From contig CALVZA010000001.1 in assembly GCA_944372415.1 (NCBI GenBank), positions 512-64,511 of the forward strand: a DNA stretch of 64,000 nucleotides, read 5' to 3'. Source of the stretch: an uncultured Bacilli bacterium. Its GTDB lineage: Bacteria; Bacillota_I; Bacilli_A; RF39; UBA660. The notes below the pieces were generated by a model that did no database searches, was not told the DNA's origin, and saw nothing but the letters and a program-made list of their open reading frames with translations. The translations under genes were made by a program, and so were the position numbers. Shown here one piece after another: positions 30,138 to 38,932 of this stretch (positions within the stretch are counted from its first letter, which is position 1; each line of letters opens with the position of its first letter).

Positions 30138-30563
30138 GTGATAAAAGTGATACATATTGTTATATGCGATAATAAAACTAATGAATTAAATAAAATAATA
30201 AATAATGAAAGAACAATACTTTTAAGAGGTAGTGCTTCAAGACGTATACCTAATTCTAGAATATTTGTAAATGATGAATTATATTTTTTAGAAAAAGGTA
30301 AAAATAAATCTTTCTATCATGCAACAGTAACAAATGCAGATAGTTACTCAAGATTAACAGAAATAGAAATAGATAAAATATTTGAAAAATATAAAGATAA
30401 ACTAAATTTAACAGATTATGAAGAAAAAAAATGGAAAAAAAAGTGTTTATGTGTAATTGAATTTAATAATTTAGAAAAAATAGAAGGCTTAGATATTCCG
30501 CATTATACAGCATTAGAAGACTGGATAATGATAAATGATTTAGAAGAATTAAAAAATAGATAA
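30138..30563 (+). CDS. hypothetical protein (possibly ASCH/PUA-like fold)
   Basis: 141 aa ORF with an RBS; no diagnostic motif. Confidence 0.35.
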   Translation: MIKVIHIVICDNKTNELNKIINNERTILLRGSASRRIPNSRIFVNDELYFLEKGKNKSFYHATVTNADSYSRLTEIEIDKIFEKYKDKLNLTDYEEKKWKKKCLCVIEFNNLEKIEGLDIPHYTALEDWIMINDLEELKNR

Positions 30564-30584
30564 TAGAATAAAGGATGTGTTAAA

Positions 30585-31667
30585 ATGAATAAAAATAAAA
30601 AAAGTAATAATAAAAAAACAAAAAATAATAAAAATATTAAGAAAAATACATCCATTAAACAAAAAAGTAATAAAACTACAGCAATTAAAATAACTAAATC
30701 TAATAAAACTAATAATCTTTTAAAAAATAAAACTTATAAAGAAGCAGAAACATTATATAAAGAAAAAAAATATAATGAAGCATGTAAAGAATATTTAAGT
30801 TTATCTGAAAAATTCCCAAAAAATAAAAAAGTTTATAAAAGATTATTAGAATGCTTAACACATGATTTTACTTATAAAGAAAAAAATAAAGAATTTAAGA
30901 CTTTATTTGATGATTATATAACTACTTATAAAATTCTTGCTACAAAAAAAGAAATAAGTTACTTAGAAAAAAAATTAGAAAACTATAAAAATATAAAAGT
31001 AAAAGGAAGTAAAAGTAAATTTTTACTTATTGCATTCTTAGGTTTTTTCGGAGTACATAAATTTATAGAAAAAAAATATATTATTGGAATAGCTTATTTA
31101 TTAACATTAGGGTTCTTTGGTATAGGGGTAATAGTTGATTTAATATATGATTATGCTGAATATGAAGATGACTTACAATTAGATATATTTAGATATATAA
31201 TTTCTTTAATTATTATTATATTCGCATTACTTAAATATGATACTATTAATTATTATTACTTAATTATAATTGCTATAATACTAATGCCTATAGTATATGA
31301 TAAATTACTTAAGTTAATTCCAAATATAATTAAAATAATTATAATAATAATATTATGTTATTTTGGATTTAAAACAGAAATAGTAATAGATTATGTTCCT
31401 AATAGTGTACTAGGTACATGGAAAACTACAAATGAATCTACAAATTATAAAGAAGTAATAATAAAAAAAGATAAAACAACAATAAAATTTAATGATAGAA
31501 AAGATCAAATAGGCAATAATGAGTATGATAAAGAAAATGAAGTATTAAAAGTATATATTAATGCAACTACTTATTATAGATTTAAAATTGATTTAGAAGA
31601 ATCTATAGTATGTTCATATAATGAATCAAATAAATGTATTGTATCATTTGAAAAAGAAAAAAAATAG
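30585..31667 (+). CDS. TM2 domain-containing membrane protein with a basic N-terminus and a C-terminal extracytoplasmic domain
   Basis: FLGFFGVHKFIEKKYIIGIAYLLTLGFFGIGVIVDLI matches the TM2 domain pattern; additional TM helices. Confidence 0.6.
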   Translation: MNKNKKSNNKKTKNNKNIKKNTSIKQKSNKTTAIKITKSNKTNNLLKNKTYKEAETLYKEKKYNEACKEYLSLSEKFPKNKKVYKRLLECLTHDFTYKEKNKEFKTLFDDYITTYKILATKKEISYLEKKLENYKNIKVKGSKSKFLLIAFLGFFGVHKFIEKKYIIGIAYLLTLGFFGIGVIVDLIYDYAEYEDDLQLDIFRYIISLIIIIFALLKYDTINYYYLIIIAIILMPIVYDKLLKLIPNIIKIIIIIILCYFGFKTEIVIDYVPNSVLGTWKTTNESTNYKEVIIKKDKTTIKFNDRKDQIGNNEYDKENEVLKVYINATTYYRFKIDLEESIVCSYNESNKCIVSFEKEKK

Positions 31668-31752
31668 ATTTAGATAAATAAATCAATTTTTTTAATATAT
31701 TTTATTTTACAACAATCTATATTATAATAATTATATGTAGTTAGGAGACATT

Positions 31753-32646
31753 ATGAAAACTATTAAAAATATAATAATGGGTTTTATTATTGGTGATTCA
31801 TATGGTTTAAGTATACTAAATAATGAAACTGATTTTAGCACAATAAAATTAGTAAATAATAAAGTATTAAATATTGAAAAAGGATCTTTTTCATATTTGA
31901 CTACAAATATGTTATTAACTATGGATTCTATTAGTAAAAAAAAATATGTTGATCCTAAAGATATTATTAATAAAATGTGTACTAGTTTGATAGTTGGTAA
32001 ATATACAAATAATGGTAAATTCTATAAATTAGATAAAGAAACATTAAATATATTAGAACATTATAGTAAAAAAAATAATTTAAATTATAAATATAATGAA
32101 TACGATTTAAGTGCTTATTCAATTAGTAGAGTAGTTCCTATAGTAATATATAATTATTATAATATAGATACATTAGACACATTAATACCAGTTATTTCTT
32201 TAACTAATAATAATCAAGTTGTATTATTAGGTGTATATATTTATTATAAATATTTATTAAATTTAATGAATGGTTATGATAAATATAAATCATTAAAAAT
32301 TGATATTCCTAAATATTTCGATAAAAATAGTAAAAAGATTTTTAAAAATATATTAAAAGGGAATATATATTATAATGAAATAATATTTGATGATAATATA
32401 ATTAATGTTTTAAAGATAGTTTTTTATGTTATATTAAATAGTAATAATATTAATGATATGTTTATGATGATTAGTAATTTAAGTGGTTGTACTAATATAT
32501 ATTCATCATTAATAATTACAGTTGGATGTTTAATATATAATATAGATGATATACCAAAGAATATAGTAGATGCCATAAAAAATAAAAAAAATATAAATAA
32601 ATATATTAAAGATTTTGAAGGAGTTTTTTATGAAAAAATATGTTAA
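31753..32646 (+). CDS. ADP-ribosylglycohydrolase-like protein, apparently degenerate
   Basis: N-terminal IMGFIIGDSYGLS and C-terminal ...GCLIYNIDDIPKNIVDAI fit the ARH fold outline, but the metal-binding D-D-T region is not evident. Confidence 0.35.
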   Translation: MKTIKNIIMGFIIGDSYGLSILNNETDFSTIKLVNNKVLNIEKGSFSYLTTNMLLTMDSISKKKYVDPKDIINKMCTSLIVGKYTNNGKFYKLDKETLNILEHYSKKNNLNYKYNEYDLSAYSISRVVPIVIYNYYNIDTLDTLIPVISLTNNNQVVLLGVYIYYKYLLNLMNGYDKYKSLKIDIPKYFDKNSKKIFKNILKGNIYYNEIIFDDNIINVLKIVFYVILNSNNINDMFMMISNLSGCTNIYSSLIITVGCLIYNIDDIPKNIVDAIKNKKNINKYIKDFEGVFYEKIC

Positions 32647-33220
32647 ATATATAATTTTATTAGGGATAATAATATTTATAGTTGTTGGACTTCTTTGGCC
32701 AACAGATAGTGAATATTTAAATGGAAAAATAAATGTAGAAATAAGTATTAAAAAATATGGAAGAATGACTCTAGAGTTAGATGCAGATAATACACCAATA
32801 ACTGTCACTAATTTTGTAAATTTAACTAATGAAGGTTTTTATAATGGACTTACATTCCATAGAATAATAGATGGGTTTATGATACAAGGTGGAGATCCAT
32901 TAGGTGATGGAACTGGAGGAAGTGATGAAACTATTAAAGGTGAATTTATAAGTAATGGAATAAAAAATAATATAAAACATAAAAGAGGAGTTATATCCAT
33001 GGCAAGAAGTAGTGATATGGATAGTGCAAGTAGTCAATTTTTCATAATGCAAGAAGATAATGAGTCATTAGATGGCAAATATGCTGCATTTGGACATGTA
33101 ACAAGCGGTATAGAAATAGTTGATAAAATAGTTGAAAATGTTAGTGAATTTGGTGATGAGAATGGAACAATACCAAAAGAAAATCAACCAGTTATAGAAT
33201 ATATAAAAGTTGTAGAATAA
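32630..33220 (+). CDS. ppiB: membrane-anchored cyclophilin-type peptidyl-prolyl isomerase
   Basis: ATG at 32630 after GAAGGAG. TM anchor, then FHRIIDGFMIQGGDPLGDGTGG and SQFFIM motifs. Confidence 0.9.
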   Translation: MKKYVKYIILLGIIIFIVVGLLWPTDSEYLNGKINVEISIKKYGRMTLELDADNTPITVTNFVNLTNEGFYNGLTFHRIIDGFMIQGGDPLGDGTGGSDETIKGEFISNGIKNNIKHKRGVISMARSSDMDSASSQFFIMQEDNESLDGKYAAFGHVTSGIEIVDKIVENVSEFGDENGTIPKENQPVIEYIKVVE

Positions 33221-33223
33221 ATT

Positions 33224-33246
33224 ATTGAGTAAAAACTCAATTTTTT
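33224..33246 (+). terminator. intrinsic terminator after ppiB
   Basis: attgagt/actcaat stem plus a T run. Confidence 0.6.
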
Positions 33247-33350
33247 AGTTTGTTAAATTAATATTGTAATTTTTAATTGGCTACTCCCATAATTTTATAG
33301 CATTTTCTAAACTTTTTTGATAAAATAAAAATAGTTTGTGAGGTTTTTTT

Positions 33351-34004
33351 ATGATAGTAGCGATAGATGGTCCAGCTGGAAGCGGAAAAGGTACAATTGC
33401 CAAATTAGTTGCAAATAAATGTAATTTAGTTTATATTGATACAGGCGCAACTTATAGATGTGTTGCTTTAGCAACAATTGAAAATAATATTGATATAAAT
33501 GATAAAGATAAAATAATAGAGCTTACAAAAAGTTTAAAAATAGATTTTGATGAATTAGGTAGAACTTTTTTAAATGATATTGATATTAGTAAAAGAATTA
33601 GAGATAAAGATGTAACACTTATTGTTTCTCAAATATCAAGTATTGTTGAAGTTAGAAAAATATTAGTAGATTTACAAAGAAATATGGCTAATAATAAAAA
33701 TGTAGTTATGGAAGGTAGAGATATAACAACTGTGGTATTTCCAAATGCTGATTTTAAGTTTTACTTAGATGCCTCTGTCGAAGAACGAGCTAAAAGAAGA
33801 TTTATACAAAATAAAGAAAAAGGTATAAATATGTCTTATGAAGAAATTTTAGAAAATATAAAAAAAAGAGATTATAATGATACTCATAAAGAAGTAGGTT
33901 CCCTATTGCGTACTGATGAACAAATTTATATTGATTCAACAAATTACACTATAGATGAAGTTGTAGATAAAATAATAAAAATAATAGGAGTGAAGAATAA
34001 ATGA
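33351..34004 (+). CDS. cmk: cytidylate kinase
   Basis: IAIDGPAGSGKGT P-loop, DTGATYR, GRDITTVVFP. Confidence 0.95.
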   Translation: MIVAIDGPAGSGKGTIAKLVANKCNLVYIDTGATYRCVALATIENNIDINDKDKIIELTKSLKIDFDELGRTFLNDIDISKRIRDKDVTLIVSQISSIVEVRKILVDLQRNMANNKNVVMEGRDITTVVFPNADFKFYLDASVEERAKRRFIQNKEKGINMSYEEILENIKKRDYNDTHKEVGSLLRTDEQIYIDSTNYTIDEVVDKIIKIIGVKNK

Positions 34005-35749
34005 ATTTAAAAGATTTATATATAGATTTTTTTGTAAAAAAAGGGCATAAACAAATTCCAAGTGCTCCAGTAGTACCTGAAAATGATCCGAGTGTATTAT
34101 TTAATACAGCTGGAATGCAACCTTTAATACCATATTTAATGGGAGAGACTCATCCTTATGGGACTAGATTAGTAGACTATCAAAAGTGTATTAGAACAAA
34201 TGATTTAGATAATATTGGAGATACATATCATCATACTTTTTTTGAAATGTTAGGAAATTGGAGTTTAGGAGATTATTTTAAAGAAGAATCGATAAGTTGG
34301 AGTTTTGAATTTTTAACAACTGTTTTAAATATTCCGTCTGATAGATTAGCAGTTACAGTATTTAAAGGTAATGATATTATTCCAAAAGATACTGAATCAA
34401 TTGAAATATGGAAAAAATTAGGTATAAAAGAAGAAAGAATTATAGAAACTAGTGATGATAATTTTTGGATTGCAGGAGATATTGGTCCATGTGGTCCAGA
34501 TACAGAAATATTTTATTTTAGAAGTAATGATCCTATACCTAAATCATTTGATCCAGATGACGAACGTTGGGTAGAAATTTGGAATAACGTTTTTATGCAA
34601 TACAAGAAAAATGAAGATGGCAGTGTAGTAGAACTTCCTAAAAAAAATGTTGATACAGGAATGGGACTAGAAAGAGTAACTGCAATATTAGAAGGTGTAA
34701 ATGACAATTATTTATCAAGTATATGGAAAGATATAATAAGTTTAATAGAAAATATTTCAAATAAAAAATATATTGGTAATGAAAAAAGTATGAGAATTAT
34801 AGCAGATCATATAAGAACTTCAGTATTTATTGCTGGAGATAATGCTAGTATAAAACCATCTAATACTGATCAAGGATATATTTTAAGAAGATTAATAAGA
34901 CGTGCTATTAGACATGCTAAAAAATTAAATATAAATATAAATTCAGATTGGGATATTTTAATTGCAAATCTCATTATTGATAAATATAAAAAATATTATA
35001 AAGAGCTTGAAGAAAATAAAAGCACTATATTAGAAGTTTTAACAAATGAAAAAATTAAATTTAATAAAACATTAGAAAAAGGACTAAGAGAATTTGAAAA
35101 AATAACAAATAATATCAGTAATAATGTTATTAATAAAGATTTAGCTTTTAAATTATATGATACATATGGATTCCCAATTGAATTAACTTGTGAACTTGCT
35201 AAAGAAAGAAATCTTGAAGTAGACATAGATGGGTTTAAAGAAAAATTTAAAGCTCATCAAGAGTTATCAAGAGCTGGTTCTAAAGAAAAATTTAAAGGTG
35301 GATTAGCAAGTACAGGCGAGACGGAAACAAAATATCATACTGCAACTCATTTATTAAATGCAGCACTAAAAATAGTGATTGATTCATCTGTTCATCAAAA
35401 GGGTAGCAATATTACTAATGAAAGAATGCGTTTTGATTTCTCGTGTGATCATAAACTAACTGATGAAGAAAAAAGTAGGGTTGAAAATATTATAAACGAA
35501 TGGATAAAAGAAGATTTACCTGTAGTTGTGGAAAAGATGAGTAAAGAAGATGCTATAAAAAGTGGTGCTGAATGTATGTTTGTAGAAAAATATCCAGATA
35601 TTGTTACAGTTTATAAAATTGGAGATGTATCAAGTGAATTATGTGGTGGACCACATGTTAAATCTACTGGATGCCTTGGTACATTTAAAATAAAAAAAGA
35701 GGAAGCATCTTCATCTGGTGTTAGAAGAATTAAAGCAATTTTAGAATAA
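34001..35749 (+). CDS. alaS: alanine--tRNA ligase, short form (582 aa; no C-Ala domain)
   Basis: AlaRS catalytic core (SVLFNTAGMQP, KCIRTNDLDNIGDTYHHTFFEMLGNWS, GPCGPDTEIF) and editing-core motifs HTATHLLN and CGGPHV. Ends about 300 aa short of canonical AlaRS. ATGA-coupled to cmk. Confidence 0.85.
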   Translation: MNLKDLYIDFFVKKGHKQIPSAPVVPENDPSVLFNTAGMQPLIPYLMGETHPYGTRLVDYQKCIRTNDLDNIGDTYHHTFFEMLGNWSLGDYFKEESISWSFEFLTTVLNIPSDRLAVTVFKGNDIIPKDTESIEIWKKLGIKEERIIETSDDNFWIAGDIGPCGPDTEIFYFRSNDPIPKSFDPDDERWVEIWNNVFMQYKKNEDGSVVELPKKNVDTGMGLERVTAILEGVNDNYLSSIWKDIISLIENISNKKYIGNEKSMRIIADHIRTSVFIAGDNASIKPSNTDQGYILRRLIRRAIRHAKKLNININSDWDILIANLIIDKYKKYYKELEENKSTILEVLTNEKIKFNKTLEKGLREFEKITNNISNNVINKDLAFKLYDTYGFPIELTCELAKERNLEVDIDGFKEKFKAHQELSRAGSKEKFKGGLASTGETETKYHTATHLLNAALKIVIDSSVHQKGSNITNERMRFDFSCDHKLTDEEKSRVENIINEWIKEDLPVVVEKMSKEDAIKSGAECMFVEKYPDIVTVYKIGDVSSELCGGPHVKSTGCLGTFKIKKEEASSSGVRRIKAILE

Positions 35750-35764
35750 ATTAAATTAATAAAA

Positions 35765-35800
35765 AACTATGAAATTAAAATAATAATTCATAGTTTTTTT
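35765..35800 (+). terminator. intrinsic terminator after alaS
   Basis: aactatgaa/ttcatagtt stem plus a T7 run. Confidence 0.7.
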
Positions 35801-35809
35801 ATTATGATT

Positions 35810-35839
35810 ATAGTTATTTTATAACTATTGTGGTAGAAT
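35810..35839 (+). promoter_or_regulatory. 19-bp palindrome abutting an extended -10 element upstream of sufC (candidate operator plus promoter)
   Basis: ATAGTTAT-ttt-ATAACTAT (35810-35828), followed by TGGTAGAAT (the -10 at 35834-35839). Confidence 0.45.
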
Positions 35840-35859
35840 ATGAAATAGGTGAGAATTAT

Positions 35860-36615
35860 ATGCTAGAAATAAAAAATTTAACAGTAAGTGTTTTAAATAA
35901 AATAATATTAAAAGATTTTAATTTAATAATAAATGAAAATGAAATACATGCTTTAATGGGGTTAAATGGTAGTGGTAAAAGTACAATATGTAAAGTTTTA
36001 ATGGGGGATCCTAATTATAAAGTGGAAAGTGGTTATATATATTATAAGGGAAAAAATTTATTAGAGTTGGATACCACTTATAGAGCTAGAATGGGATTAT
36101 ATTTAGTTAATCAAACTCCATTAGAAATAGAAGGAGTAAAAAACTCAGAAATGTTAAGATTAGCTTTAGAAGCTCAAACTGGTAAAAGTGTTAATATATT
36201 TGAATTTTCTAAATTAATGAATAATATTTGTGAAAAAATAAAAGTAGATAAAAGTTTTATTCATAGAGGAATAAATGAAAATATGTCTGGTGGAGAAAGA
36301 AAGAAAAATGAATTAATGCATTTATGGGTTTTAGAACCAGATTTAATACTTTTAGATGAAATAGATAGTGGAGTAGATATTGATAATTTAAATACTATTA
36401 GCGAATCTTTAAAAGAATATTTTGATACACATTCTTGTTCATTTTTAATAATTACTCATCATACTAATATTTTAAAAAAATTAAATCCTAATTATGTTCA
36501 TATTATAGATAATGGAAAAATTATTGAAACAGGAGATTATTCTTTAGCAGAAACAATAGAAAATAATGGATTTAATAGGGCAAATAAAGTAAGAAAGAAT
36601 TTAAATCATGAATAA
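35860..36615 (+). CDS. sufC: Fe-S cluster assembly ATPase SufC
   Basis: ATG at 35860 after AGGTGAG. GLNGSGKST Walker A, NMSGGERKK signature, LLDEIDSG Walker B. Confidence 0.9.
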   Translation: MLEIKNLTVSVLNKIILKDFNLIINENEIHALMGLNGSGKSTICKVLMGDPNYKVESGYIYYKGKNLLELDTTYRARMGLYLVNQTPLEIEGVKNSEMLRLALEAQTGKSVNIFEFSKLMNNICEKIKVDKSFIHRGINENMSGGERKKNELMHLWVLEPDLILLDEIDSGVDIDNLNTISESLKEYFDTHSCSFLIITHHTNILKKLNPNYVHIIDNGKIIETGDYSLAETIENNGFNRANKVRKNLNHE

Positions 36616-37204
36616 TATAATATTAGATAAAGAAAGTATTGTTAATTTAAATATTAGTGAAGATAGTATATGTAATATAGATTCAAGTTATAATATTAAC
36701 AAATTAAATATTAATATTAAAAATAATGCTAAATTAGTTATAAATCATTATAGTATAATAAATGAACATAAATTAGATATTGATATTAATCAATTAGAAA
36801 ATACGAGTTTTATATATAATCATAGTTTTAAAAATAGTGATAAATATAATTTAAATATAAATATTTTATTAAAATCAAATAATACAAAGAATAATATAAA
36901 TATTCATGGAGTAACTGACGGTGGTATTAGCAACATAAATATTAATGGTAAAGTATATGATAAAACCATTAATAATGAATTAAATGAAAATATTAAATTA
37001 TTAAATATAAACAATGGTAAAAGTAATGCTTATCCTAATATGTTTATAGATACAAAGAATGTTTCTGCTAATCATTCAGTTAGTATAACAAATATAAATA
37101 AAGATTATTTATTTTATTTAAATAGTAAAGGTCTAGATAAAGATAATTCTACTAATTTAATAGTAAATGGATTTTTAAATGGAATAATTGAAAATAAGAA
37201 TTAA
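36608..37204 (+). CDS. truncated SufB/SufD-family protein (198 aa)
   Basis: The C-terminal part NAYPNMFIDTKNVSANHSVSITNINKDYLFYLNSKGLDKDNSTNLIVNGFL aligns with the SufB/D core pattern (P.L.I..dV.csHg...g.ld...LFYL.sRG....A..l...GF). Less than half the usual length. Confidence 0.6.
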   Translation: MNNIILDKESIVNLNISEDSICNIDSSYNINKLNINIKNNAKLVINHYSIINEHKLDIDINQLENTSFIYNHSFKNSDKYNLNINILLKSNNTKNNINIHGVTDGGISNININGKVYDKTINNELNENIKLLNINNGKSNAYPNMFIDTKNVSANHSVSITNINKDYLFYLNSKGLDKDNSTNLIVNGFLNGIIENKN

Positions 37205-37223
37205 AAAATATAGGAGGTGAACT

Positions 37224-38423
37224 GTGAAAGAGTATAGATATGACTTTCCAATGTTTAATAATAATATAATTTATTTAGATAATGGTGCAACTACTTTTAA
37301 ACCAAACTCTGTAATTGACGCAGTAAATGACTATTATAAAAATTATTCAGCAAATGCACATAGGGGAGATTATACTATTAGTTATAAAGTTGATGTGAAT
37401 TATGAAAATGCTAGAAAAAAAGTGGCTGATTTTATTAATGCAGAATTTGAAGAAGTTGTATTTACAAGTGGTACAACTGAATCTTTAAATATGATTGTAA
37501 ATGGTTTTTTTAAGAAGCTACTAGAACCTGGAGATGAAGTTTTAATAACTAAAAGTGAACACGCATCAAATGTACTGCCTTGGTTTAAATTAGCAAAAGA
37601 AACTAATATTAAAATAAGTTATATAGAATTAGATGAAAATTTACACGTTACAATCGAAAATTTAATAAATTCTGTAAATGAAAGAACTAAAGTAATAAGT
37701 ATTGCTGGAATTACAAATGTAGTTGGTGATGAAAGACCTATTGATGAAATATGTAAATTTGCTCATGCTAATAATATATTTGTAGTTATTGATGGTGCTC
37801 AATTAGTACCTCATAAAAAAGTTGATGTTAAAAAAAGTGATATAGACTTTTTAGCGTTTTCAGGACATAAAATGTGTGGACCAACTGGAATAGGTGTTCT
37901 TTATGGAAAAAAAGAATTTTTAGATAAATTAGAACCTATTAATATGGGTGGAGGAATGAATGAATCATTTGATTCTGAAAATGAAGTATATTTAAAAGAA
38001 TTACCAAATAGATTAGAAGCAGGTACTCCAAATATTGCTGGAGCAATAGGATTAGGAGCGGCAGTCGATTATTTATCTAAAATAGGAATGAATAATATAT
38101 TTAATTATGAAAAAAAATTAAAGAGTTATTTAGTAGATAAATTAATTAAACTTTCATATATTGATATAATAAATTTAGAAAGCGATTCTGGAATAGTCTC
38201 ATTTAATATTGATGGAATATTTAGTCAAGATGTAGCGTTTTATTTAAATAAATATAATATTTGTGTACGAGCTGGTAATCATTGTGCTAAAATATTAAAA
38301 AAAGAAACTGGAATAAAAAACTCTATTAGAGTAAGTTTATATTTTTATAATACATATGAAGAAATAGATAAATTAGTAGAATTATTAAGTGATAAAGAAA
38401 AAATAATGAAAGAAATGATTTAA
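37224..38423 (+). CDS. sufS: cysteine desulfurase SufS
   Basis: GTG start after AGGAGGTGA. PLP lysine in FSGHKMCGPTGIG, catalytic RAGNHCA. Confidence 0.92.
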   Translation: MKEYRYDFPMFNNNIIYLDNGATTFKPNSVIDAVNDYYKNYSANAHRGDYTISYKVDVNYENARKKVADFINAEFEEVVFTSGTTESLNMIVNGFFKKLLEPGDEVLITKSEHASNVLPWFKLAKETNIKISYIELDENLHVTIENLINSVNERTKVISIAGITNVVGDERPIDEICKFAHANNIFVVIDGAQLVPHKKVDVKKSDIDFLAFSGHKMCGPTGIGVLYGKKEFLDKLEPINMGGGMNESFDSENEVYLKELPNRLEAGTPNIAGAIGLGAAVDYLSKIGMNNIFNYEKKLKSYLVDKLIKLSYIDIINLESDSGIVSFNIDGIFSQDVAFYLNKYNICVRAGNHCAKILKKETGIKNSIRVSLYFYNTYEEIDKLVELLSDKEKIMKEMI

Positions 38424-38852
38424 ATGGATAATGAATTTAAAAGAGAAATAATATTAGAAAACTTCCAACACCCTTTTAATAAAGATGGAAATGATGAATT
38501 AAATTATGAAAAAGTAAATTCTAACAATGAATCTTGTATAGATAATATTGATATATATGTAAATATAAAAAATAATACTATAGAAGACATTAGATTTAAT
38601 GGAGAAGCATGTGCTATATCAACTGCAAGTACATCTATTATGTTGAAAAATATTATAAATAAATCTGTTAAAGATTCTATAAAATATATAGAAAATTTTA
38701 TGAATATGGTTAATGAATTAGAATATGATGAAAATTTATTAAATGAAGCAGTTGCTTTTACTGAAATATATAAACAACAAAATAGAAAAACTTGTGTAAC
38801 ATTACCTTATATAGGAATACTAAAAATATTAAAAAAATATGATAAACAATAA
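38424..38852 (+). CDS. sufU: Fe-S scaffold/sulfur acceptor SufU
   Basis: IILENFQHP, ...NGEACAISTASTS... and a late Cys (RKTCVTLP). Confidence 0.85.
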   Translation: MDNEFKREIILENFQHPFNKDGNDELNYEKVNSNNESCIDNIDIYVNIKNNTIEDIRFNGEACAISTASTSIMLKNIINKSVKDSIKYIENFMNMVNELEYDENLLNEAVAFTEIYKQQNRKTCVTLPYIGILKILKKYDKQ

Positions 38853-38878
38853 AATCCACGATATCCTTGTGGATTTTT
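38852..38878 (+). terminator. intrinsic terminator after sufU
   Basis: aaatccac/gtggattt stem followed by a short T tract. Confidence 0.6.
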
Positions 38879-38932
38879 ACTTATTGTTACTATTATTATT
38901 ATTTGATAATATATTAGTAGTAGGTGATAATT

